A stretch of 64,000 nucleotides of DNA from Selaginella moellendorffii (Eukaryota > Plantae > Lycopodiophyta), in the NCBI RefSeq assembly GCF_000143415.4, contig NW_003314391.1, positions 186,001 through 250,000 on the forward strand, read 5' to 3'. The stretch's first letter is position 1, and each line of letters begins with the position of its first letter. A program made the position numbers and the translations under genes. This document shows positions 24,083 to 36,590 of the stretch, piece after piece. The notes under the pieces are model-generated. The model ran no database searches. It was not told the origin of the DNA and worked only from the letters and a program-made list of their open reading frames with translations.

Positions 24083-25903
24083 ATGTTGAGCTCTAAGTTT
24101 TCTGTCCCAATGCTGCCTCTTGCTGCTGCGTTGCTCCTTTGGGTTCTCGCGACTAATGCCATGCTTGCAGCTCCCCTTTCTCCAGTTCGCTGCGATGTTG
24201 CGACGGGGGCGTGCATGGTTTTCAACGCATATGGAACTTGGCCGGATAGGAGCTTTTGCAAGGTAGGGGAAGCAGCGTTCCCCTCCACGGAGCAGGAGCT
24301 GGTTGATATAGTCGCACATGGTGTGAAGAACAGGATGAAGATGAAGGTTGTGAGTAATTCAGCTCACAGCTTTCCCAAGTTCGCGTGTCCTGGAGGGACT
24401 TCTGGCCTTGTAATCAGCACGGCAAAATACTCCAGCAGGGTAGTGATAAACGCGAGCTCCATGACTGTAACGGCAGACAGTGGTGTAGAGCTCTCAAGAC
24501 TTTTACAGGAGATCGGAAGTCATGGCCTGGCTCTTCCTTCGTCGCCTTATTGGAACGGGATTTCGCTGGGAGGGCTGTTAAGCACAGGGTCTCATGGAAG
24601 TTCCTTGATGGGGAAAGGAAGTGCTGTCCACGAGTATGTGAAAGCGATGACAATGGTCGTTCCAGCCACAGAGCAAGAAGGGTTTGCGAAAATTGTCAAG
24701 ATCACTGACCAGGACGAAGACTTTATGAATGCTGCCAAGGTCTCACTCGGAGTTCTGGGGGTGATATCACAGGTGACTTTGTCACTGCAGCCGATATTCA
24801 AGAGATCAGTGACAAAGTTTGAGGCATCCGACATAAATCTGGAGAGAGAGATTCTAGAGTTTGGGAAGAACCACGAGTTTGGAGATGTCTCCTGGTATCC
24901 ATCGAAGTACAAAGTCATCTACAGAGCAGACGACCGTGTTCCTGTGAGTACCAGCGGAGACGGTGTGAACGATTTCACTGGATTTCAACCGACGCTTGCC
25001 ACTGCAGTTGAAGCTCAAAGAATTCTCGGTACGTACTGTTTCTGTTTGATCAAACAGTAGCGACTCAATATTCTTTTCTTTACAGAGGAAGGTTTTGAGA
25101 TATCAGGTGACCACACTGGGAAGTGTGCCACTGGATTGGTGCAAACTCAAGCACTTTTCGCTACAGGGGAAGGCTTCAAGAGCTCAGGTGGAGTTTTCAT
25201 TGGCTACCCGGTCGTTGGTTTCCAGCACAAGATCCAGTCCTCTGGCGGCTGCCAAGCCTCACTCTCTCGACAACTCGTCTGTCCATGGGATCCCACAGTG
25301 AGAGGCCTGTTTTACCATCAGACCACCGTCTCCATATCGGTGGACAAGATCCAGGACTTCATTACCGACGTCAAGACACTTCGAGCTTTAAATCCCGCCG
25401 CTCTGTGTGGAGTGGACCTCTACAATGGCTTCCTCATGCGCTACGTCCGAGCTTCGTCCGCATATCTGGGAAAGCAAACCGACGCAGTGGATGTGGACAT
25501 AACTTACTACCGAGCTCGCAGTGGAAACACTCCCAGGCTGAACGAGGACGTCCTGGAAGAGGTGGAACAGATGGCTTTGTTCAAGTATGGAGGTCTCCCG
25601 CACTGGGGGAAGAACAGGAACATCGCGTTTGGGACTCACACGGCTGCCAAATATCCCAAGCTGCAAAAGTTCCTGGTGGTGAAGAGCAAGTTTGATCCGG
25701 ATGGTTTCTTCTCGAGCGAGTGGTCCGATTTTGCGCTTGGAATCTCTGGTGGAAGTAGTAATCTTCCACACTGTGCTCTCGAGGGCGAGTGTGTTTGCTC
25801 GCTCGACTCTCACTGTGCTCCCGAGAACTATTACTTTTGTAGGCCAGGGAGAGTTTACACGGATGCTCAGGTTTGCCGCTTTGTCCCGCCTGGGACCGCC
25901 TGA
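24083..25903 (+). CDS. GULLO: L-gulonolactone oxidase-like FAD oxidase (GULLO family), 2 exons
   Basis: Signal peptide, NAYGTWPDR, HSFPKFACP, GGLLSTGSHGS, KVSLGVLGVISQVTL, PHWGKNR, C-terminal Cys-rich CALEGECVCS..HC. Intron 25029-25085. Confidence 0.93.
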
Positions 25904-27044
25904 AAGAATCGTATATTCCAATCCTGCCAGGATCAATGACGATCTTATCGGTGACCCTCCAAGTTTATGACCTGTGAATTTAAATCGCTACGCACTGTCT
26001 CCGGCAGTGGCGTTGATTGTGCCGGACCATGAATCCACTAAGCCGTAACCGAGAAGGATTACTTGCATCCTGTGATGAGTCTAATTTAGGTAAAGGGAAT
26101 CTTTCTCAGTCTGTAAGGTTCCGAGGAAGAAAGAGAGCGTCTAACCAAGAGCTTGAGCGGCTAGCTGCTGAAAGTTGAAGAGTAGGATGGAAAATCATGA
26201 AGTAATCTTCCCCTTGCCTGTAATCGGGCATATTCAACTTGGAGCTCGTCTTATCTCGCATGGCCTCGCAGTGACTTTTGTTACCACCAATAAGCGATAC
26301 TATGGACGACGCCGCAGAAGTTTTCAGGCTCGCAATCAATCCTAGAAAGATGCCAACAACACTGGGTCTGGGACGCAGTTCTTCTCATGTTCAAGCTTCG
26401 TGGCGAATTTGAGAGGTTGCTTGTAGATCATGGTTGTTGCCTGAACGCTGATTTTATCAGGGAGTGTGGCATAGTTTGGGATCCCGAAAGCCTCCTTCTG
26501 GACGTCATCTGCTACATTTCTGTTGTGCTTGTTTCAGTCTCAGGAATTGCTCGACACGTACGATTCACGTTTTTCCTGCTTCCGGAGTTCGCGTTTGTGC
26601 ATACCAGCTGAAACGGCAGATGAGTTTGTTTCTTGCTTCGAGGGGCTTCCAAAGCTGCGGGCCCGTTTTCCACGTGGAGAGATCCTGGACGGCAAGGTAT
26701 TCTGATGAACACATTCAGCAAGCTGGAAGCGGAGCTGTGGAAGTGATCCACAAAATGGTAAAACATTTCGTCGCTGCTGCCCTCAGATTTGAGCTCAGCC
26801 GGCAGCGAAGTTCTTAAAAATGGCTCGACAGCGTCGCATTCGGCACACTGGCTGGTTTGCAATCCATGCTTGAGGAGCTCGCAAAAGGCGAATTTTATAT
26901 GGGTGTTCAGAAGCAATCTTGTGCAGAACAAACAAGAGGTGTGGCGGACACAGGCATGAACAGTTTAAGCACCTTAAATTTCTCCTAATATATTTTGCCA
27001 CCCTTTTCAAGCTTTATTAGGGTTCATTTTCAAATCGGAGTCTA

Positions 27045-28829
27045 ATGGAGATGCCATATCCTTTTGTAAGTGAACCGGCTTTGAGAAGATCAGGGGCGGC
27101 GGAAAGCAGCAGCAAGAAGCGGAGGATGGCTTGGGCCGCGACCAAGAGGTTTGCGGAGGGTAATGGTGTTGATAGGGAGAGGAACTACTACATCCCGCCG
27201 GATGGGGATGCTCAGGAGCTAATAGATGGGCTGTCCAATGGGGAGTATGTGGTTCTATATGGTGCCAGGCAGACAGGAAAGACGTCCTTGGCTTTCTACA
27301 GCATCGAGATTCTCGCGTCCAGGGGTTTCACTTGCATTTACATCGATTTTCCTGCACAGTCTTCCACCTTGTCCTCGCTGGACGATTTCTGGAAGCTCTT
27401 TACACAGCGGGTCTACGAGTCGAGTGGTGACGCGCTTCCCGCACCAGACTTTTCTGGCGTTGACAGCGAGGCCTACCTCCGCAGGTTGCTTGCGGGTGGC
27501 GATAAGGATATCATTCTAGTCGTTGACGAGGCCAACCATCTATCCCGCATCCCGAACACTTACAAGGTCTCCTTCCTTAACAACCTACGGCATCTCAAGC
27601 AGCTAGGGAGGAGTCGCCTGTTGTCGCTCTTGTTCGTTGGCACTGCTTCACTTCTAGACGACCTGATGATCGCGAACAAGTACAGGACTTGGCTCGACAT
27701 AAAGCCGTCATTTTCTGGCAACGTATATTCACCCTTCTCCACGGACAGCTTGTACACATCTAAGAACTTCACAGAGGAGGAAGTATGGGAGCTCATCTCG
27801 CAGTTTGTGGCTTACAAGAAGGTGGAGGTGGAGAGGGATGTATCCAACAGCATCTTCAGGATCACAGGGGGGCGAAAGGGGCTCGTTGGTGTTTGTTGCG
27901 CGCTATTGGCAGGAGACAAAAGCATGCGAGACTTTGGGCACAGGAACTTGGGGATGTGGAGCAACTTCAAAAAGGTGCACCTGATAGAGAATGTTTTTGC
28001 AAGGCCAACGTACAACGCCATGTGGGAGAACTGCTACGCACTGGAAGGAGACGAGAAGCAACTCTTGCTCAACATGCTGCAGAAGGGCGGCAAGCTTGAG
28101 CTCCAGTGGGAGGACCCGCATTTACTCGGAACGGTCAACTTTTTGGTAGCGGAAGGAATCCTGGTGGACTCCAGCGACAGGGGTGGGTTCTCTGTGCTGC
28201 ACTTTTCGTCTGAGCTGCTGCACTCTTTGCTGCTGAAGCAGATTTGCATAGAGGAAAATGATCTTCTAGTGAAGACAGGTCCCTTGCCTTTCAACAGGCT
28301 GTGGGTCATCCAGAGAACTATAATGTTGCTGGACCTGGATATTTTCCTGCAGGAGGAGTCGTGCAATGCGGATGGGAACGCGTCAGAGTATGGCCTGCAA
28401 TTTGAGTTCTTTGTGAAGTTGAAGAAGGTGCTGGAGCTGGGTTACCCGTATCTCAAGTGGAAGGTCATTCCAGAGGCCACGCATGAAGAGAATTGGAGGC
28501 GGAGGCTGGATATACTCGCCAAAGACGGGGACATAGGCTGGTTTGGCTTTGAAATTCTCAGGCAAGGTTCCATGGATGACCTGATCGAACACTATAACCG
28601 AGCCAAATGGTACGCAGATGTGCATTCATGTGTTGTGTATATGATCAATTTCGTGTTGGAGGGGGAGGGGGTTGAATTCAAGGGGGAACCGGGGGGTCCA
28701 GTCACAGTTTACAACGTTTACATCCGCGGCACTGAAGCAAACATGGTTGGAGGCTGGTATGCTGATGCTGGCCACCTGGACGTCAACCTGCATCTTGCTA
28801 ACGTCAGATCAACACTCACCTGGGATTAG
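27045..28829 (+). CDS. Intronless STAND/AAA_35-like P-loop ATPase with C-terminal PD-(D/E)xK-like nuclease domain
   Basis: 594-aa open frame: basic KKRR patch, YVVLYGARQTGKTS (Walker A), DIILVVDEA (Walker B), LLFVGT sensor, ITGGRKG, and C-terminal VIPE...RLDIL...FGFEIL...HYNRAKWYA...VYMINF. Confidence 0.75.
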   Translation: MEMPYPFVSEPALRRSGAAESSSKKRRMAWAATKRFAEGNGVDRERNYYIPPDGDAQELIDGLSNGEYVVLYGARQTGKTSLAFYSIEILASRGFTCIYIDFPAQSSTLSSLDDFWKLFTQRVYESSGDALPAPDFSGVDSEAYLRRLLAGGDKDIILVVDEANHLSRIPNTYKVSFLNNLRHLKQLGRSRLLSLLFVGTASLLDDLMIANKYRTWLDIKPSFSGNVYSPFSTDSLYTSKNFTEEEVWELISQFVAYKKVEVERDVSNSIFRITGGRKGLVGVCCALLAGDKSMRDFGHRNLGMWSNFKKVHLIENVFARPTYNAMWENCYALEGDEKQLLLNMLQKGGKLELQWEDPHLLGTVNFLVAEGILVDSSDRGGFSVLHFSSELLHSLLLKQICIEENDLLVKTGPLPFNRLWVIQRTIMLLDLDIFLQEESCNADGNASEYGLQFEFFVKLKKVLELGYPYLKWKVIPEATHEENWRRRLDILAKDGDIGWFGFEILRQGSMDDLIEHYNRAKWYADVHSCVVYMINFVLEGEGVEFKGEPGGPVTVYNVYIRGTEANMVGGWYADAGHLDVNLHLANVRSTLTWD

Positions 28830-29130
28830 TCTTAGAATGCTCATAAATTCTCAGAAGCCAGTGGAACGGAAAGTAATTTTTATTCCAAAAAGTAATTGAT
28901 TTTCATTTTAAAATATTATGTTTTATTACAACCATGCAGATAAAATAAATGAATTACTAAAATAATCCTAGGAGTCAATGCCTATGAAAAGAAAAATTCA
29001 ACTTTGACAAGCTAGCTGCATAATGGCAGATTATTTGCCCAGGGCTACAAATCAATCCAAGAATACTGTTACCACATTATTTTGCCCTTCTCATGTCATT
29101 TCCTCTTGACAAGGATCAGATTTATGTTCA

Positions 29131-29230
29131 AAGTGGACCTCTACAATGGCTTCCTCATGCACTATGTCCTGCATATCTGGGAAAGAAATCCGACACAGTG
29201 CCACCCTATGGCAAGATCCCCAAGACTGTC
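29131..29230 (+). pseudogene. Short GULLO exon-2 fragment
   Basis: agtggacctctacaatggcttcctcatgc..gcatatctgggaaag..ccgacacagtg matches 25411-25490 with an internal deletion. Confidence 0.85.
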
Positions 29231-29588
29231 ACACACCGGTAAGAAGATGAGCACATATCTATGATATCCAAGAGCTCCAACACCAATATCCAGTCCAGCC
29301 TCTAGCATATGTGATCTTGTCAATGCTCTTGCCTGGCTTGGCATTGTTAAAGGATGATCCTGGAATTGATGGAATACCTCATACATTACAAGTGATGTTG
29401 GTTAACATACAGATGTATTTTACGTGAAGAAGCAGCCTGCACAGCAGTCACACTACTGGAGCGAAGCTCAACAACACTCATCTAAAGGATTCAAGAGAGG
29501 GGAAGCTTGCAACCGATTTGCAACATATTATTGTATAAACTTCCTACAAAATTTCTAGATAACTTTCTTGAGATGGATGGATCTGAAA

Positions 29589-32129
29589 CTAGACGGCCAC
29601 TGGCTCGGGCCTCTTTGCATGCTCTCCAACCTGGGTAAATAGAAAAAGAAGATTGGATTACACGCTAAACAAAAACTTGAAGCCAGCGAACCTTGGCCGA
29701 CTTGAATAACTCGTCCAAAACTTCCGAGAGGGTGGGATGCGCGTGGACGGCAAGCTTGATCTCCTGGACGATTCAACCATGTAAGAAAAGAAGAGTGTGT
29801 GAGGGAATTATCACATAGCAAACCTGGACTCTAGTTCCCAAAGCCATGGCGTTGGAAGCCTCGTGGATGAGATCAGCTGCGTGTAAGCCAATTATGTGAA
29901 CTCCCAAGATTTCCCCGGTATCTTGGCGATAAATAAGCTGCAGGAATCAATTCAATCAACCGTGTTACGACGAATTATTTTATTACCTTGGCCATTCCAT
30001 CGCCTTCGTTCTCGGCCAGCGCCTTTGTGTTGGCCTTGAAACTCGTCTTCGCCACGCTCACCGTGAATCCTTGCTCTTTGCCCTTCTCCCTCGCTTGAGG
30101 CTGGAACGCATGAAGTACACTGCTTACAAAAGGCGAATTCCGAGAGAATGCGTATGTACCTCAGTCATCCCAGTCATGCTTATCTCTGGATGTGTGAAGC
30201 AAGCGGCTGGTATGCTTAAATGGTTTAGGACATTGTCGTTTCCAGCAAGTCTCTCAATAACTGCAAAAGAGACACGATCACGGTCACATCACACAAAACA
30301 TGTCTCTCTCGAGATTACCTGAAATGCCCTGAGCACTGGCAGCGTGAGCAAGCATCAGTTTGCCATTTGCATCGCCGATGCAGTACAAATGAGGTACCTA
30401 AAGCAAGACAAGAGTCATGTATGTAACTTGTCAAACGAAAACAACCAACCAGTTCGCCTCTCCCATCTAGCACTTGCATTCGCTCGTCGACAGGAACAAA
30501 TCCTCGTTGAGTTACAACATTAACCTGTCAAACAGTGCACAAGATGAATGGATGAAACACGAAAAAAAAGTACTCTCTTACATTTTCAAGGCCTAATCCT
30601 TTTGTAAATGGTGCCCTGCCCGTTGCGATCATTGCTGCATCGACCTGGAGCAAACTCAATCCTCAGTTATTAGTCGTTTGAGAGCTGAACCGTTACCTCA
30701 AGTGTCTCCTTGGGCTCCTTCGTCTTCGTGTCGACAAGTTCTATTAAAACTGGACGCCCGTCTTTAGCTGGAGTTATCTGCATACAGATAGTTGAACATA
30801 CACATGCCAAGCAAAGATGCAAAAAAGCTACCTTCTTTGCGAGCACGCCAGTGTGGAAATCAATTTTTCGAGGGTTGATCAGGAGCCTCTGAGCAAGCTT
30901 CCCGATTTCAGGATCAAAGCCTGGCATCAGTTGATCCAGAGCTTCAACAAAAGTCACCTGCACATCGCGTATTCTATAGAAAAAGGAAAGAAGAAAAACT
31001 AAACCTCGCTTCCGAGGGCAGTGTAGACGTCACTGAATTCCAAGCCAATGTAGCCACTTCCGACAATGGCAATCCAATCTGGTATCCATTCGAGCTTCAA
31101 AGCGTGGTCGCTCGTGAAAACGGTCTTGCCTGAGTGTAGTCAAGTAATAAATTCGTTTAGTGATCGATCTTAAAAAGGAGTGAAAAGCTCACCATCTATT
31201 TCAATCCCCGGTGGAACAAATGGAACTGATCCGGTAGCGATGATGATATCTTTGGCTGTGATAACTTTGTCAACATAGCCGATCTTGCCATACCTCACTT
31301 TTTGAGGTGCCTGTAGAAACACAAGCATTGTGAGAAGACACTTACGAGACAAGAACACAGAGATACTGACCACAACGCTGCCAACACCAGTCAAGATGTC
31401 CACTCCCAGAGCCTTCATAGAATTCGTGAGGTTTGCACGGATTCTGGTAGCGAGATTGTTTGCGTGATCAGCGACGGCTTGTCTGTCATAGCCCGCCGCA
31501 GCAACCTACGGAAAAAAGCGAAAGAAGAAATTCACGTAGAGCTTCCTAGAACTCGATCCAACACCAGCTAGAACTTACTTGAATCCCAAGAGCTTTGAGG
31601 TGGTGTTCGTTCTGGAGCTCACGCATGCGTCCACTCACGGCCAGGAGCGCTTTGGAAGGAACGCATCCTCGATTCACACAAGTCCCTCCAACAATGTCTG
31701 CTTCGATGATGGCGGTCTTGAGCCCCTGGACGAAGAGAAAGAGATCTCTCGCAATTCACTTCTCTCCGAGGCTAGACGCGAAGAAAAGAAGGAACTTACT
31801 TGCTCTACAGCGTGAAGAGCAGCGCCATGGCCGCCAACGCCAGCCCCGATGATGATCACATCGTAATCGAAAGGCTGCGGCCCTCCATTGGACGACGAGG
31901 CGCGAGCAGCCATGGATCGCCTGGCCCCGGATCTCGACCTCCTCGCTTGCAAGCTCTGGATCCATGGATCGGAAGCCCGGAGGCTCGCGATCTCCTTGCG
32001 GAGGCCACAGAATCCAGCGCGGCGGCCATGCGAAACCCTGGCACTGTAAGATTCCGAGCAGCAAGAAGAAGCGGCCATGGATTCCATGGCGCGCACGGCC
32101 ATTGGAGCGGCAGCGGCAGCGGCAGCCAT
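29589..32129 (-). CDS. LPD: Plastid dihydrolipoamide dehydrogenase, multi-exon
   Basis: Transit peptide, [79 protein letters not shown]. Confidence 0.95.
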
Positions 32130-32888
32130 GGATCGAGCGAAAGAGAGGAAGCGCTGCGAGCGATGGCTGGGAAGAATCCGGGGCCTCTTTACATGCGAAT
32201 GTGAGATCGCCTCTAAACCACACAAATTTTTTTAGGCAGTCCGCTTAAACCCTTGCCCCTGTTCGTGGTAAAATTGGGCGGAGATCGCGACTGTCGAGAT
32301 GCGGCATCCGGGAGAACCGATGCTTGCCTGGAATTTTTTTAATCTCGCAAGGACACAACAAGGAAGAAAAGAAACAAAAAACACGCACACCATTTTGATT
32401 TGATTCTCCGGTCGCTCAACCACCAGGAAATCTTCCAAGTTCCAACACCAATGGAAGCTTCTTTCCGATTCCTGGCAGCACTGTGCGCGAGTTCCTCGAT
32501 GATCGAATCGATCGAATCGCCAGAATATTTCGATGATCGATGAGATAGAACCCTAAAAATCAAAATGATATGGCGTTTCGTCTTGCGCCAAGGGTTCCCG
32601 ACGGGGATGGAGGCGCCGCGATTCCTCGTCGTAAGTGTGTGAGATTTTGGATGCGCCCGCCAGGATTCTGGCTGGCGCCTCGAATCCTGGCAAGCTTTCC
32701 AGCAGTTTTTCCCTGGATTTTCGATTGATTGATCGATTTCGTTAGAGGGATGGTTTTGACCTAGCTATAGTTTGGTTTAATACGTAAGGCAGTTGTGCTA
32801 GCAGCACTAGATAACTGACTGCTTGCATTGTTGGAGGAAAAATTCTTTTTTTGTGTGCTCGTAGCAGAGGATAGAATTTAGGAAGACA

Positions 32889-34149
32889 ATGGGGCATAGG
32901 AGGAAACAAGGAGAGGAGAGTTCTAGTGATAGTAGCTTATCCACAGACACCTCAAAGTCTTTCGTTTCCTCGGGTTACTCCAGCCCCGATGCGAGGAGAC
33001 GAAAAAAGAGGCGACGAGAGAAGCGTGTGAGTGAGAGTGAGACGGATTACTCCTCTTCCGACGACGAAGCCAGGCAAGTGTCTAGAGCTTTTGTTTTTGC
33101 TCGAGTGGTGTGTGTTATTGTTCTATCCCATTGCAAATGCTGCTGTGACAGGAAGAGGGAGAGGAAAAAGCAGCGACGTAAACGAAGGCAAAAACGAGAG
33201 CACCACCGAGCTCACAGAGAAAAGAGTAGCGGCGAGAAGAAGAGGAGGAAAGAGAGGCATGAGCCGAGGAGGCCGAAGAAATCTCGCAAGCAGCAGCATC
33301 ACGAGACGGAGGATGACGAGGAGCACGGATCAAACAAGGCAGCTACGCAAGCCAAGCTCCAGGTAATTTGATCTTGCGTTTCGTAGCGAAGGTGTAAATG
33401 GTTTCCTCTTCTTTTCATTTTCGATGCAAAGGTCACGATGGAGGCACGAGAGCAAGAGAAAAATCTCATCTATCAAAACGCTCAGCTCGCAAAGGTAAAT
33501 CAAAGTAAACTTTTATTTCTTTTGCAAGGACAAACTTTACATAGCCACTGACGAATAATGTGAGCAGGCCAGGCTGAATGGAGAGCTGCGAGAAGTTCAA
33601 GCCCAGCAAGCCAAAATGCAAGATATGTACGGAGCAATCGACTGGAGGTAACTTCACGGAAGAAAAACCTTTCAGTGCTTGCTCTTGATTTTTTCAATTG
33701 TCTCCAGAGCCCGGAAAAAACTGAGACTTGAGAAAAAGGTAAGTACGCATTGTGTTGCAAAACAAACCAAAATCTTACGCGGAACTCTTCTCATTTCCAG
33801 AAACTAGAACGAAGTGTAGCCGCGGGTAAGAAGCTGGCACAGATTGAAGAGGAGGAGAGTGCTCGCATGGATGCCTTCCGGGTTGCGGTGAGCGCCTTGA
33901 CTTCCCTCTTCTCTCGTCTTTGCGCTGCCAAAAAAAAAAGTGTCGAGATTGGAGAGATGCGTTTAGGATTAATACATGTCGTTTGTGATGGTTGCATGGA
34001 AGCTGGGCTTGCCGACTGCTGAAGCCCAGCGTCAAGCCGAATGGAGGGCCGAAGCTACCCGCGCCTTGTCGTCACAACAAGAGCCTCCTCCTCCTACGCC
34101 GTCCAAGCCTCCCAAAAAAGCCATTATCGGGCCTCAACTCCCTCGTTGA
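32889..34149 (+). CDS. Arg/Lys/Ser-rich uncharacterised protein with coiled-coil C-terminus, multi-exon
   Basis: GT-AG exons join in frame: ...MQDMYGAIDWRARKKLRLEKKKLERSVAAG...ARMDAFRVA|LGLPTAEAQRQ...IIGPQLPR*. Confidence 0.7.
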
Positions 34150-34865
34150 TTTGAAAAGGTTCGTTGCTCATTCTCACTCGTTTTTTTTCATGGCTCATCT
34201 GAGTTTTCATCGCAGGTCGTCTCGTCCAACTGGTGGTAGAATTTGTTATCAGCGAGCAACAACGAAACAGAGTGGGTGTCTTACCATCTTAAAGTTCCCC
34301 GGCACCGAGAAGCAGCGTTCCTCTAGAGCAAAGGATGTAACTGCTTGCTTGCTTGCTTGCTCCACAGGCTGAGATAAAATAACGCTGGAAGCACGATCCG
34401 TGCGGAAAATTCTTTCACCAGATAAATCTTCAATCATTCATCCATTCGCATTTAATCGCTTTTGCTCAATTGCTTTTGTTCGCACCAACGGAGAACTGCC
34501 ACAAGGATCATAACAAGAAGGAAACTACAAGATTGCACCAACCTCGAGGCTATAGAGTCGTAGCCATGTCTTGGAACGCAGTATCACTCAGAGGGCCCAT
34601 GTAAAATTTGTCACTCGGTCTTAAAGGAGCACCAAGTTTTAGAGTTGCAGCAAAAGACTTTTCCCTGGCTTTTAAAAGCTGTAGTTTCGAAGTTGCGAGC
34701 TGCAAAAACGCGATCAAAAGAATCTAAACACATCCATACCTGGCAGTGTGCGTTTTGATTGTCTTAATAGCCATCGTCCACACTGCAAGGAAACGCTTCT
34801 CTGTGCTGCTTCCTTTGCCTCATTCCCACCTCCTCAAGGAGCTCAGCGTCTCAGAGTTCAGAGGT

Positions 34866-36417
34866 ATGGCTCTACAGGCGACAGCAGCACTCCAGAAGTC
34901 CGAAATTAACGTCGAAGAGCTTTGCCTGGTTGCTCCTGCTCAAGCCACTGACGATCAGCCGCTCTACCTCTCCAATTACGATCAGCAAGTCCTGTTTAAC
35001 CTCGAGTCTGTGTACTTCTATCCCCCGTCACCGCACAGGAGCGCTGAGAATGTTGTCGACGTGCTACGAGCCGCACTGAGCAAAGTTCTGGTCCCATACC
35101 ACTTCATGGCTGGAAGGCTGAGAATGAACGCCCGGGAGAAACGTGTCGAGGTGGATTGCAACCGAGCAGGAGCACTTTTCGTCGCAGCCACCACCAATGT
35201 CACACTCGCAGATCTTCAAGACGGTCCGACTTTGGTCGGTCTTCTCAAAGATTTCATTCTTCACTCGCCCGCCTCGCACCAAGTTTCCGATGCCCCGCTT
35301 CTCACACTCCAGGTGCCTGCTTTCTCTTGCATACTAAGCTTCTTGAGCTCATCAAATACTGCTTCCTCAGGTGACCAAGTTCAAATGCGGAGGCTTTGTC
35401 GTTGGCATTTCGAGAAACCACGCTCTCGTTGGCGGAGCTTCGGGGGACGACTTCCTTGCAAACTTAACCGCTGCTGCAAGAGGACAAGAGTTCCCAGTGA
35501 AGCCGGTAGCGGATAGGAGGTTGCTCAAAGCCAGAGATTTACCCAATCCCAGCTACGAGCACTTCGAGTATATGAAAGTTGACCAAGTACCCCAGGACAG
35601 CTACTTCACGACTCCCAATTCACTGTCTCAACTGAAGCTGAATGGTAACTTTGGAGCACACTTTGGACTGTGGAAAACCTTCAATTTTCCCACCGAAGTG
35701 CTGAATTCTCTGAAGGCCCAAGCTCTAGCAGACGGTTTGCTGTCCAGGTGCACAACATTCGAAGCGCTCGCCACCAAAGTCTGGCAAGCCCGAACCCAGG
35801 CTCTAAGCATGGATGCTGATCAAACTTCCAACTTGGTCTTTGTTGTCGACAGCCGAAAGGTACTGACTCCATCTCTTCCGGTAGGATTCACTGGCAACAC
35901 CCTCAGCTTAGCCTGTGCCAGAATGCCACCTCGAGATCTAGCTGAGAAACCGTTCTCGGCCTGTGTCAAGGAAGTCCAAGTTGCCAAAGCCAGAGTTACG
36001 GACGACTACGTGAGGTCTGCAATCGACTGGCTGGAGCTGAATCACGCTGTCCCGGCTGTTAACAGTGGCATCTACCTTTCGTCCTGGGCGAATTTTTCCT
36101 TCCACAAAGTCGACTTCGGCTGGGGACCTCCCAGCCACACACTCTTCATCCCCGGCGAGAGAGGCAACAACTGCGTTATTTTCCTTCCCAGCAAGCAAGG
36201 CCTCGATGTCTGCCTCGCTCTAGAACCGCATCAAGCATCGGCCTTCCAAAACTGCACAGGAAGTATCCTGAAATGGCCACCACCACCTCCCCGTTCCCGT
36301 GCCGAAAGCTATGCGACACAACAACGAGCTGGAACCGGTAACCAAGCACGTTACTACTCCACTTCTAGTAATATCATAGGTGCCTTGAGAAAGAACTTAA
36401 AAAGATGGCGAATCTGA
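34866..36417 (+). CDS. BAHD acyltransferase (feruloyl transferase/HHT-like), 2 exons; HxxxD reads HxxxG
   Basis: LYLSNYDQ, LSKVLVPYHFMAGRL, LQ|VTKFKCGGF, CTTFEAL, GFTGN, DYVRSAID, DFGWG. Intron 35313-35370. Confidence 0.9.
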
Positions 36418-36590
36418 AAAGTCGCATGTGACAAAAAGCTGTGGAAAGGAAAAAGAATAATCCACTCACAACTATATGCTTTGAGGTAGCGCCAAAAGAC
36501 CAGGACGGATTTTAATCGTATAGAATTCCCTGGAAACTGACATCCATAAGCCGGAGCACTGTAGGACATGGTCCAAAGATAAGCTACCGT

